From Hormiphora californensis (lineage: Eukaryota > Animalia > Ctenophora), in contig CM035353.1 of the NCBI GenBank assembly GCA_020137815.1, positions 5,518,001-5,582,000 of the forward strand: a stretch of 64,000 nucleotides of DNA, read 5' to 3'. Of the stretch, positions 25,901 to 46,464 are shown in pieces. Position 1 is the stretch's first letter, and every line of letters begins with the position of its first letter. Both the position numbers and the translations under genes were made by a program. The notes beneath the pieces were generated by a model. The model saw nothing but the letters and a program-made list of their open reading frames with translations. It was not told the origin of the DNA and made no database searches.

Positions 25901-27702
25901 TTTCTTCTTTTCAGTTTTCCCGATAAAATTTGGCTCTTCTTAAATTCAATTTTTTGGGAGATTTTTGGGCCCTTTTTGGGGATAGGGGTTTTGGAGGGTT
26001 TTTGGGGCTCCGTCACCATTAGCTTTTAAAACCCCCCCTTTTAAATTCCCCCCTTTTTAAAAATTTATCCCCTTTAAATTTTAAACCCCATTTTGTACAT
26101 TGTTAAAATTTCCCCGGGATGTACATTGTTCTACCCCCCCCTACCCTTTTACTTTCCGGGAGGCCCTCCCCGGGGCCCCCAGATCCAAGGATTTCCGGGG
26201 CCGGGGGGTTTTAACCCTGCTCTCGCAGGGGCCTTTAAAGGCCCCCTTTTTTGGGAGTGGTTCGTGTAGTGGGCCGAGAGAAAAGAGAGAACAGGGGAAT
26301 AGACAGGGGGAGGGGGAAAAGAGCGAGAGGAGAGAGAGACAAGGGGGCCATAGGATAAGTAGAGCGAAGAGAGAGAAAAGGGGTAGAGCAGTAGGAAAAA
26401 TTTTACGAGGTAGAGGAACGAGGGAGATAAAATACAAAAACAAATTTAGGGAGACATTAATATTTTGGTTAAGAGAAGCCTAAAATTAGACCCAATTTTT
26501 GGGCAAGGGGTTTGAATGTTAAATTTTAAGGATGATAGCTAAAAAACTATAGAACTTTTATCAAGAAAAGAAAATATTCCTTTTTGCATCTACGATTTCC
26601 CCCGTTTTGCCGGTTTTAATGGGAGGTGGGGGTTTTTCCCCTTTTCGCTTTTTCCAGGGGGCAGTGGGAAAATACAATTTTTTGTAGATGAAATTTTTCC
26701 CAAACGGGTTTCCCCTTTGGGTTTCAAAAAGTTGAATTTTTCGCCCAAAGGGGTCTTTTTTCCCAAATTTTGGAGTGCTTGACGGTTTCAAGCATTAAAA
26801 ACTTACTTCGTATGGCGAGACGTATCTGTTCAAACCACTGTTGCTCTTACACCAAATTCCGTAGGTGTACCCATTACAATTGGCTTCATCCTCACAATAT
26901 CTATCTGCACATTGGTTATCGCATTTCTTGATCTTGCTCGGTCGACAAGTTTCCCAAAAGCTGGGGAAGAGTGCGGCAGGAATTCTACTAAACTTTATGA
27001 CCCTTAACTCTCTAGACAAGGGTCAAGGGTCAAGGGTGGTAAACTAATTTTTTTTCTAAATGCCTTTTGCGAAAAAGGCACGTGGGTTTAGAAATCTGTA
27101 ACGGATATAGTAACTATTATATATGGTGCAGTGTTTGTTGAACTATTACAATATCCTCATGGTTATTAGCTAGTTGTTCACTTCTCTTCATTTATCCAGG
27201 GAGGAATAATTTAACTTACCGTCCTGCACCCTGGCATACAGACAGGCCACACAATAGTACAGTTCCATCCTCTTCTACCGAGTAGGATGTGTGGAGAGGA
27301 CTCGCAAACCCACAAACCTAATGAAAATTATTTGAACACGTTTAACCCAGAAGACAAAATTGGCTTTTTGGATTAAATAGAATTTGATTTTCAGGCTTTG
27401 ATACACAATGACACATTGTGTGTTACCTGGTAAAATCCGACGTCTCCTGGGCATTGCCGGCTAAACTCAACGACACCCTGATACTCATTGAAATCCAACA
27501 TCTTAAACGTAGTGTCACCTACTGCACACTTAAACGTGTGAAATGGAGTCGCGACTTTTTTGTCGTTTTTATCGAAGTAGTAGTCGGAGCTTAGGCCATA
27601 GTAGCATTGAACGTATTCACCCCATAGAATCAACTGACATTCGTTAGCCTTGTCCCCCTCACAGATGATCGGGTGGAACAATAGAAATACAAAGAACGAC
27701 AT
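16162..27702 (-). CDS. LDLa/Cys-rich-ectodomain class A GPCR (GRL101/RXFP-related, no LRRs), ~1167 aa, 7 exons
   Basis: Phase-consistent GT-AG exons: 27702-27427, 27317-27220, 26984-26807, 19577-19477, 19285-18743, 18628-17154, 16994-16162 (3504 nt). Signal peptide, LDLa repeats (CNLKDDCGDNSDEEKC, CDGVVDCQDFSDEC), and 7TM motifs GDLCVGVYL, FYGNDGVC, TDFFCWIP and PINSVINPMLY. Confidence 0.9.
19664..19746. repeat. 21-bp semi-palindromic tandem repeat (TGTGACGACGTGATACGTCAC) x4
   Basis: Read directly from the sequence. Confidence 0.8.
19978..20360. repeat. ~22-23-bp tandem repeat (GAGGATAGTTTACCCCGCTCCAGA-like)
   Basis: Read directly; a degenerate inverted counterpart lies at ~25265-25790. Confidence 0.85.
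20430..24410 (+). mobile_element. R4/Dong-clade non-LTR retrotransposon (RT plus restriction-like endonuclease), frameshifted, inside GPCR intron 3
   Basis: N-terminal RTKWTTEMN...SQPDRRGVWTRVEERW motif; KAGKIRRY...NNLFQNNQRNFYRKLE; IKRG.FQ-like (~22700); Y.DDLKLYA (~22870); AAQDQ (~23715). Boundaries are approximate and the 3' half is low-quality sequence. Confidence 0.8.
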
Positions 27703-27950
27703 TAACAATACAGCTCTCAGTAGATGTATGATATTTCAAAGACTTTTATATTACTCTAGCGACGCATCTTATTAAAAAAACGCGTTGTAAATAAATGAAG
27801 CGTGCATGTGATTCATTGAATGATTAAGGTTTATAAGGAGTTATAAGCATTTCAGATTTTGTTTGTCGTGTAGAAAAATATTCAAAACAGGGCGCTTTTC
27901 AGCGAAAAATATGATTAACGAACAAGAATATTTGCACTATGAATCCATAG

Positions 27951-28126
27951 TACAGTCGGACCCCGATTTAACGGCACCCTCGGGGGAAAGGGTTTTGTCC
28001 GTTAAATCGGGGTGTCCGCTAAATCGGGTTCAAATATTGTGAATTTCCTATATTGGGGGAAGATTATGCTGCCGTTAAATCGGGGTGCCGCTAAATCGGG
28101 GGCCGTTAAATCGGGGTCCGACTGTA
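27951..28126. mobile_element. TA-flanked Tc1/mariner(pogo)-type MITE
   Basis: TA|CAGTCGGACCCCGATTTAACGGC ... GCCGTTAAATCGGGGTCCGACTG|TA, with internal repeats of the TIR core. Confidence 0.9.
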
Positions 28127-29290
28127 CTGTATTTCCCCGCCATTGGCATGTGACACTCCTAATTACATCCCATCACCCATGACCTAATGAGATTCTGAAA
28201 GGTGAGACAGAACAGTGCAGGTGATATGAGCTGCCTAATTAGGCTCCTTTTAATTCTAGTCTATGTGATCTCCACTCAACTAAACTCATGTAATCAATGA
28301 CAATACCAGAGCGCAATTGTAATGACGAACACATGACGAACGATGAACGTTATGAATTGCAAACAGGAAGTGGGGCGCGGCGCCGGGCTGCACGTTCTAA
28401 TGAAAGTGCGTCATTTCAGCACTGTAATAACTTTGCGGGCGTCGCCTTCGTGGACAATTTGGATTAGAGCGTCTGTGAAGTATTTCAAATGATATTTTGA
28501 GCACTCCGCACTGGATGGTTGCTATGGATGGGTTACGTCACGGGACAAAAAAAGCGTGACACTTCACTAGTATGTAATCTTGTCGAATTCTAAACCCCTA
28601 TGCCTTTTTGCAAAAGGCATCCGGGTGAATGCCGAAGGCGGGGAAATAACGAAAAATTTTAGGTATCTTGTCAACCTTTAAAGGTCTAACTAACCAATTA
28701 TATTGATTTAATTGGTCGTACGTGGTGCCACTATTACTAATATAATATATAAAGCACTCTGTACGAATTCTATTAGCACGAAAATCTAATGTGTTCATTG
28801 TGCTTGCTTAGTACATACAATTGTAATGGGCACAAACTGTTTATGATCTTTAAGTTAAGCCATTTATCACGTCATCGACAACAACAAAAAACAAACAATC
28901 CATTATATACTGAGCATTTATACTGAATTCGTTAACCCACCGTTAGTGTGTATTGTGCATTTTGCACCTCAAGGAAGGGATATAAAAGAGAGATCTGATC
29001 CCGCATTTAAAACGCCATGGCACCTTCCTGCTATGTAACCCTTCACTAGTTTCCAACACCAGCTGCTTGTGAGATCCCATAAGAAGGCTTACTATAATAC
29101 ATCTTGTAAAACTGCTTCAACAGGGGTCAATGTTATCAATCTCATTAGCTAATTAGAATTGGTTAGATTCTCTGGAGTTGAAAGCAGGGAACATGGCAGT
29201 ATCCAGATACAAATTGCAATGGATATTAGCATCATTACTACCCCCCCCCCTTACTAACACGCCACTCTTCTGTTTAATAGGGTCGACCCT

Positions 29291-38160
<8,870 letters not shown>

Positions 38161-38889
38161 TAATAGGACTCTGCCAGTTATAATAGCTTGAGGAGATAGG
38201 GAAAAGACTCGAGCTTGGGGAGGGAGAGACTGAAGAAAGAGGAGGAAAAGGGAGAAACAAGATCGTCAGCTTTTTTTTTCACAACCAAATTTTATTTTAG
38301 TTCTGTTTTTTACACCGTTTTTTGTGAGAGAAATGAAGAAATGGGAATGGGAAACGTCCTCTTGTTCTATTGATGTTATCTTTTTCCAGTTTTAAACCGC
38401 CCGTTTTAACTTTTTAAACAAAAATAAACATTTTTTCCTTTTCCCAAAATGCTTTAAAAATCTAAAATCTTTTACAAAACCTTCACATCATAGTTCACTT
38501 TTTAAAAATAAACTGGGTTTGAAAACGTTTTCAAAAAGTCCTTTCAAACGGAAAATGTTTTTGTACAGTCTCTTATATCGGTCTCTTTTATGGTATGAAC
38601 TCTAGTCAGACACAGCTGGCATGGCATTCACTTGAGCAGCAACTCTGAAAATGAATGCAGTTGTTAATTGGCTGCGTATAATAACTCAACGGCTTGAATC
38701 CTCGAACGGCCTTGGATCAGAGTTGTTCTGTTTGTGTGCGCGTCACCGTAACGGGGAACCAGTGACATCGCGCGCCAAGAACTCCATCATTCAACATTTG
38801 TCGCTCGCGCGCGACGTCAATTCCATCGGAAAATTGTACAATCTGTCAACAGGGGATATGGGGATATTACGCCTTTGATTTTTATGTTA

Positions 38890-39789
38890 AAAAGTATAGG
38901 GATTTTTAAAAATGTCACCCCCTGAAATAACAAAATTTTGTCATATCTCCGGTTCCTGAAAGATAAGACTTTAAATTTTTAGGTTTGGGAAAACTTTGCA
39001 AATTTTTTAACCCCAAAATTTAAGTCTTATCTCCCCCTTTTTTTATTTAAAAAAAATTTAAAAGGGGGGGGGGGGGCAGAAAAAAACCGTTTTAAGGCAC
39101 AATTAAAACCCTCTGGGGTAGCCCCAAATTTTCACCTATCGGAGTCCCCCTATTAATTAAAAAGGGGGGGCCCCCCCCCCCCCCGGGGGGGGGGGGGGGG
39201 GGGGTTTTAAAAACCCCCCCCCGGGGGCCAAAAAAAATTTTTTTTTCCCCCCCCCAAAAAAAACCCCCCCCTTTTTCCCCCCCCTTTTTTTTTTGGGGTT
39301 TTCCCCCCCTTTTTTTTGCTTAAAACCCCTGGGGGTTTTTCCTTTTTCCCTTTTTCCCTTTTCTTTCCCCCCCCTCCCCTCTGCTCTTTTCTTCTTTCCC
39401 CCCCTCTCTTCTCCCCCCTTCCTCTCTTCCTTAATTTGGGGGAACCAAATTTTTTTTTTGGAAAATTTTTGGCACCTGTTTCGGGCCCCCAAATTAAAAT
39501 TTTCCCCCTTTTTCTTTTTTGGAAAAAAAAAAAAATTTTTAAAAAATCATCGGCTGAAAACCCCAAAAAAAGCCCCGCAAGGGAAAACCCCCCCCCCCCC
39601 CCCCTAGCCCCCCCCCCCCCCCAGTCTCTCCCCCCCAAAACCCGAGGTTTTTGGGAAAACGTTTGGGGGGGAAAAATCCCTTGTAATTCCAAATTTAAGT
39701 CTTATTCCAGGAACCGGACTTTGGTCATTTAAAAAAAATTTGAAAACTTAGGGGGGGGGGGTGACAGTTTAAAAAAAAATCCGACTTTA
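38890..39789. mobile_element. Longer relative of the AAAGTCGGATTTTT-TIR family (low-quality sequence)
   Basis: Right end GGGGTGACAGTTTAAAAAAAAATCCGACTTTA, degraded left end ...GATTTTTAAAAATGTCACCCC, and subterminal inverted CCGGTTCCTG...AAGACTT motifs. Confidence 0.5.
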
Positions 39790-40169
39790 GAAAATGGCAC
39801 GATTACCTTTTGGATGTTTTTCAGCGCCAAAAATTTCATCCCCTTTATCGGGCAAAGCCCATATTGACAGAGAGGGAGGAAAAAGAAGGCGAAAAGGGAA
39901 CGAAGAGAGAGAAAGGAGAGAACCGACGAAAGAGCGAAGAAGAGAAAGAGAAGATGGAGATTAGAGAGATGAGCGAAGATTAGCAGAGGGGAATCAAAAC
40001 GAGAAAGAGCAAAATATTCACCCTCATATACTGGGGTTCTTCTCTGGATAACCCTTTCTTTACGGCCGATCTATACCCCTTCTCTCTATCTTTTATCGGC
40101 TCCTATCACTCTCTCTCGTTCCTTTTCTTTCTATCCTCTCATCTCGCTCTCTCTCTTCTATCTCTCTCT

Positions 40170-40221
<52 letters not shown>

Positions 40222-40430
40222 AAGGTGACTCTATCCATCTCTATCCAGATGGTATATTCGTGCCACACAATTCTTCTGGACAAACTGTTTTGCTCATACG
40301 ATTTGGCGCTGATCTACCATCCAGATGGTATATTCGTGCCACGCAATTTTTCTATAAAAATTCTTTGTAAACGTTTACAACTCATTTACTACTTTGAACA
40401 TATAACATCAATGGCGTGAATATACCACTA

Positions 40431-42797
40431 CTAGAAAGCCCATTGCTAAGTCCTACAATACCCCCCCCCCCCACCCGTCTCTATGCCCCCCCCCCCCTCT
40501 TACTGATCTTCGTCTCTCCATGTCGGGGTAAAGAATACGGAGTTTAGTACTTGTAGACTCTACAAGTACTAAACTCTACAAGTTGTAGAGCGCTGGTGAT
40601 AAACATCAAGGGAAATCTCACTGAATAACATATGTAGAATCAGGTGATAAAGATCCGTAGAATTGTAGTAGCTGTGTAGAGAGTCAACGGGGTACGTAGG
40701 TAGAAAGGCTTTGGCAATCATGGCGGCCCCAGTAGTAGATCCCAAAACACCACGAAACACCACACAGGAACACACAACAAACAACCAACAACATGCACGT
40801 GCAGTATCCCCCCTCCAATACCCCTTCCAAGCCACCTCCTTGGCAACCCCCCACCATTTGCACGTGTGGATACTACATCATCATCACGCCACTCATTTGT
40901 ACTTTATAATAAGGACTAGAGAGCCCAGGGAAAAGAACAAAAAACTCTCACACCCTATTGACTCCTCTCAATCCCGATCCCTGGCTCATGCCTACTTTGC
41001 TCCCTACGGCGCACCTCCGGTCGCGAGATCATACTCCACCCCCCTTCCCCCTGTTGACTCCCCTCAGTCCTCACCCCTCTTATCCCTATTGACTCCCCTC
41101 GGCCCCTATTGAATCATATCGTCCCCTATTCACTCCATCTCACCCTCTATTCACTCCCCTATAACGCCATAATAAACACTCCCTTCACCCCTCTCTCAAT
41201 CTGTGATCTGAAGCAGTTCAGAACCCCAAATTTTCCCTCATTTTTCACCATTTCCCCCATTACTCAGTCAATTCTCAGCCAATTTCGAAAATCTTGGGCT
41301 CATTAGAAAGATAATCTTTCCAAATAGCTATTATCCCCCAAATTTATAAAACCTTTACACCCGCACGTGCACGCCCCAAACCCCACCAACTACCCCTAAC
41401 AACATGCCAATTTTCCACGTGCAAGCCCTAAACTCCCCCCCCCCCAAAACCAATTGTCTTGCACTGTTCTCTGCTTTATAATATAGACTAGAAAGCCCAT
41501 TGAACACCCCCCACCCGTCTCTATGCCCCCCCCCCCTCTTACTATTCGTCTCTCCGTGTCGGGGTAAAGAATACGGAGGTTGGTAGTGGTAGAGCGCTGG
41601 TGATAAACAATAAACATCAAGGGAAATCCCGCTGAATAACATGTAGAATCAGGTGATAAAGATCCGTAGAATAGTATAGAATAAACGGGGTACGTAGGTA
41701 GAAAGGCTTTGGCAATCATGGCGGCCCCAGTAGTAGATCCCAAAACACCACGAAACACCACACAGGAACACGCAACAAACAACAAACAACATGCACGTGC
41801 AGTATCCCCCCTCCAATACCCCTTCCAAGCCAACTCCCAGGGCAACCCCCCACCATTTGCACGTGATGATAGGTCATCTTCATCTTCACCACGACGTTCA
41901 TTTGCTTATTATAATAAGGACTAGAAAGCCCGTTGGAGTAGAGCACCCGTTGACTTGAATCCCCACGCTCTCCCTCACCCAGAATCACCCCTCTCACCCG
42001 CTGCACCAACCCGCACGTGCAGCCATCAATCACTCGCTGCGTAGGGGCTATGGCACCTCCTTGGCAACCCCCCTCTATTTGCACGTGGGATACTACATCA
42101 TACTCCTCACGACGTTCATTTGTACTTTATAATATAGACTAGAAAGCCCATTGAAGTCCCTCACCCCCCCCACCCGTCTCTACTCTCTATGTCTCTCCCC
42201 CTCTCACTCTTCGTCTCTCCATGTCGGGGTAAAGAGTACGGAGGTTGGTAGAGTGGTAGAGCGCTGGTGATAAACATCAAGGGAAATCCCGCTGAATAAC
42301 ATGTAGAATCAGGTGGTAAAGATCCATAGAATTGTAGCTGTGTAGAGAATCAACGGGGTACGTAGGTAGAAAGGCTTTGGCAATCATGGCGGCCCAAGCA
42401 GTAGATCCCAAAGCACCACAGGAACAACATAGGAACACGCAACAAACAACAAACAACATGCACGTGCAGTATCCCCCTCCAATACCCCTCCCAGAGCACC
42501 TCCTTGGCAACCCCCCACCATTTGCACGTGATGATAGGTCATCATACTCCTCACTACCACGCCACGCATTTGTACTTTATAATAAGGACTAGAAAGCCCT
42601 TTGAAGTAGAGCACCCGTTGACCCAAATCCCCACACTCTCCCTCACCCAGGAGCACCCCTCTCACCCACTGTACCAACCCGCACGTGCAACCTCCAATAC
42701 CCCTCCCAGGGCACCTCCCTGGCAACCCCCCTCTATTTGCACGTGATGATAGGACATCATCACCTTCACGACGTTCATTTGCAAATTATAATAAGGA
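40431..42797 (-). mobile_element. Head-to-tail array of six non-autonomous Helitron-like units
   Basis: On the minus strand: A|TC start at 42797, CTAG|T end at 40431, and five internal CTAG|TC junctions at 40915/6, 41487/8, 41920/1, 42138/9 and 42588/9. No TSD. Confidence 0.75.
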
Positions 42798-42870
42798 TAG
42801 CGGTATCTGTCAATATAACACCAGGACCGACTGACCATTATGATTCATAATGGCCAGTCGGTGATCACAC

Positions 42871-44377
42871 TCACTTGTTTCGGGCAATGGTTTGATCTAT
42901 CTGTGCATTGGTGTACTGGGGTAGGAGGAACCGCTCCGGGACTTTTAGGTTAGCTGGGTGTTCTGGACGGGGTGGCAGTATGGGGCCTCCACGGAGTGCT
43001 AAATCTAATGGGGATGAGTCTTGTTAGTCAAGCTGTTAAGAGCTACCTACTGACTTGTTGTGTCTTCTGAGCTCACTTTGAGGTAAAACTCTGTGTACCT
43101 TTAATACAGTTGGAGCCCGATTTACCGGGCAAAATTACTTCCCCCGAGGATCCCGGTAAATCGGGGTCCGACTGTATTACTAAATATCGTGTTAACGAAT
43201 TTTATCCTTGGACTCACCTTTGTTACAACCTTGGGCTGTAAAATGAGAACTCAAGAATTTGGGTGTGGCTTTCCTGTTAGTGGTCATATCAGAGACTTTG
43301 TGAACAGGGTAGGAAGACTTAGTCACCGAGCCTGAAATAAATATCGATCAAGATTAGATGGCCCAATTCAAAATGCCAGTAGATATTTGATTCATTGATT
43401 GGCAAAATTCTAATGTTTGATTGACAAGAATTACCAGCAGGTTCCATATCTGCAGCCCACTTGCTTTTCATCTTTTCAACGAGCCCAAACCGCGTTCCAT
43501 CACCTGAGAAAATACAATGGATTTTTTTTTAAATATAGGGTAAACTGGGGCTATTCGGTGGCCTGGACAATTCGGCACATGTCTGGGCAATTCGGTACTA
43601 TAGAACGTGTGTCACGTGACTTTTTTCACTTCAAAGATCAAGGCACTGATTTAGGTATTGGTTTCCAGTACCAGTTTACATATATTGGCTTCCAGCTAAC
43701 TGTGCACCTTTTGTAGGAACATCGCTAGTCTCGGGCAACCAGCAAAGTTTATGGGGGTCCCAGGTCCTTTTGGCTGGCAATTCTGTATTAGATCTTCCGT
43801 TATAATCCACATCATACCTATCAGGAATTTCAACAATCAGATTATACAGTCTTTTTAAAGCCAATAAATTCAAAGGTCGGCCAGAATAATACACAATTCA
43901 CACACAGTGGTATGTTACTGCTAATTTATCTGTATGGCGGCGCCATACCCCATTTGACGACGACTGTGCGCTCAGATGGGGTCGCGGCGCCAGACAATAA
44001 TTTATAACAGCTCCTTACTTACCAGGAGATGATACTCCCCTCGTGTGTGTCACCGTGATGCCTGAACAGGTAATCCTTACCAAGTCCTTCTGCCTGAGAT
44101 AGAGCGTTACGCCGCACCGTCGTGTCAGGTTTTACCCCTGCACCATATGGCTTGTAGTCAGTGCGGTGGGAACTGTTTGATACCTCTGTTCCTTTTACAA
44201 ACTGAGAAAAAGAAAGGGGTGTTAGGCAACTGCAGGTTTGAATGAGATAGTTTGTATAATGTATACCTTTCCACGCCTGTCTTCCTCCCAGTTTCCAATA
44301 AGACACCCTTTGCTGAACCGCTGCTCAATACGCCAACCGGGGAGCTGCCATTTTGCTGAGTCACTTGTCTGCACCAT
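42871..44377 (-). CDS. CFAP107: Cilia- and flagella-associated protein 107 (C1orf158), axonemal microtubule inner protein, ~238 aa, 6 exons
   Basis: Phase-consistent exons 44377-44267, 44201-44023, 43817-43708, 43503-43435, 43331-43218, 43004-42871. PGWRIEQRFSKGCLIGNWEEDR, EGLGKDYLFRHH and ISWYDVDYN...RTWDPHKLCWLPETSD match the family motifs as recalled. Confidence 0.88.
43105..43176. mobile_element. 72-bp minimal derivative of the 27951-28126 MITE family, in CFAP107 intron 5
   Basis: TA|CAGTTGGAGCCCGATTTACCGG ... CCGGTAAATCGGGGTCCGACTG|TA. Confidence 0.8.
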
Positions 44378-44853
44378 ACTACAGGGTAAAACCAAATTAT
44401 GTTTGGAGTTGTGAATGCAAAATATAATGTATTGTTGATGAAATGAGAAAGGTCATAAGAACAAGGTGAAGAGACACCTTATCGCGAAATTACATGGAGC
44501 ATAGAATTAACTAGTCAGTAGTTCACGTTTCTAAAGCGATTTGTTATGTTCTAAGTTCTAACCCTCCATTAGGAACCACTGTTCCAAACGGCAAGTCTCT
44601 ACTATTTGTGGTTTAGGAGAACACTCAAAGATAAAAAATCCTCCTCCCCTCCCCTCCCCCTCCTTACATTTTTGCATTTTGGGACCCCTCTGGCAAATTT
44701 TTACCTTATATCCGATCGTTCTGAAAATTTGCATGCCTCTTTTCCTATATGAGGGCCCTCAGAGTACAAAATTTCAGATCTCTTCTTCATCGGGAACATG
44801 CTTTTTTAAAGCATCAAAAACCCCGAAATCTGCATGCATTGCAGCTGCAATGG

Positions 44854-45965
44854 TACCGCGTGGCCCAAATTAAAGGGAGGGTACGTTGGCCTTCTTTTCA
44901 CCCAGAAGTTTAATTTCAATCACTCTGATATTTTGACACAATGTCTGCATGGTTACTCATTCGAGGAATCCGAAGTTTCAGCCCTCTGGATAAAAGTTCA
45001 TTTTTTTCGACCGAATGAACATTGAATGAACACCAATATGGGACCATATTTCGGTACCAAAGTTTCACAAATTTGTTTGGCTATCGATTACCTTTTGAAT
45101 GGGACCAGTCTGAGCTTAATTGGATCACCACAAGAGTCACAGTGATCCGTTTTCTAAGCCTAGGGTAAGTCATGTGATCCCCATAAAATTATGACGTGTT
45201 AGCAAGAGAGCTTACATTTTAACGGATGCTGTATCGGTCACACCATCCTCATTAGCAGACGTGATACGTGATACTCGTCCGTTACACCTGCTTATTGGCA
45301 CTTAGTAATGACGCTATCGTCTCATTAGGTGTCAGATGACCAGACCTAGGGTTAGATAACTAGACACTGTGTCTCTTGTGGTGGTCCAATTGAGCTCAAA
45401 TTAGTCGCGTTTGAAAGGAAATCGATACCCGAAGGCGACTGTGAAATTCCGGTTCCAAAAAGCATTCCTGTTTTCAAGTTCATTCAGGATTCATTCCAAT
45501 GGGAAAAATGAATTTTAAGATAGAGAGCTTAAATTCCGGCTAACATCGAAATTGATCAAGTGTAGTGGCCGCACAGATTTTTAGCGCCTGAATTTACCGA
45601 TTTCTGGTCAAAACAGGTCAAAATCGATGTTTGGTAAAAAATATCATCTTTAAATAACTTATTTCACCCACTAAACTTGATTCAATTTTAATAAAAATTC
45701 AGATTGCCATTTGTTGATACTTGCACTATTGTATGACAGTTTTTTAAATAATAAAATCGAATTTAATCAAGAGAAAACCTCAAAAAACCCGAAAAACGAA
45801 AAATTGAGTTCATTCATGAACTTTCAACTTTTATGATTTGAAACTTCGGATTCCTCGAATGAGTACCCATGCAGACATTGTGTCAAAATATCAGAGTGAT
45901 TGAAATTAAACTTCTGGGTGAAAAGAAGGCCAACGTACCCTCCCTTTAATTTGGGCCACGCGGTA
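44854..45965. mobile_element. 1.1-kb non-autonomous DNA transposon with 125-bp TIRs and TA TSD
   Basis: 44856-44980 is the reverse complement of 45839-45963 (one mismatch seen). A further degenerate internal inverted pair lies at ~45084-45145 / 45365-45426. Confidence 0.92.
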
Positions 45966-46284
45966 TATAGTAGCACTGGCAGGTTTTCATGCGCTTGTGT
46001 GTAGAAGTGTTGTGTGTGCTCCCTCTTTTGTTTTTGAGTTAGAAGGTATTTCTAAGGTGGGGGCTCTGCCCCCACACCCCCCTTTTGGGCCCGGGGCACT
46101 TGCCAGTGCTATGATAGTAGGTACGCAGAAACGCTATATTTATAATATTATTCTCATACTAGAAAAAGGGGCCTGCGCTCCTATAAGTTGTTTTAACAAT
46201 TAACATATTGCTTCGTTACGTGGCACCCCCCCCCCCCCCCCTCTTAACCTTTTCTCTTTGCCTCTCCGAGAGAGAGAGAGAGAC

Positions 46285-46322
<38 letters not shown>

Positions 46323-46328
46323 CGACGA

Positions 46329-46372
<44 letters not shown>

Positions 46373-46464
46373 GAGAGTCTCCCTTTACTTTTATTATTTA
46401 TTTTTTGATCTCTCCCCCCCCCTTGGCATTATTATTCATATGTTTTCTGTGTACCTTACGTTAT

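Noticed and set aside
21888-26791. Many short G/K/P/F-rich ORFs; possible programmed frameshifting in the R4 element
   Set aside because: Homopolymer-noise region, so frameshifts cannot be told apart from sequence error.
40711-42592. Three paralogous MAIMAAPVVDPK ORFs as a peptide gene family
   Set aside because: They lie within the Helitron-like units and differ by frameshifts.
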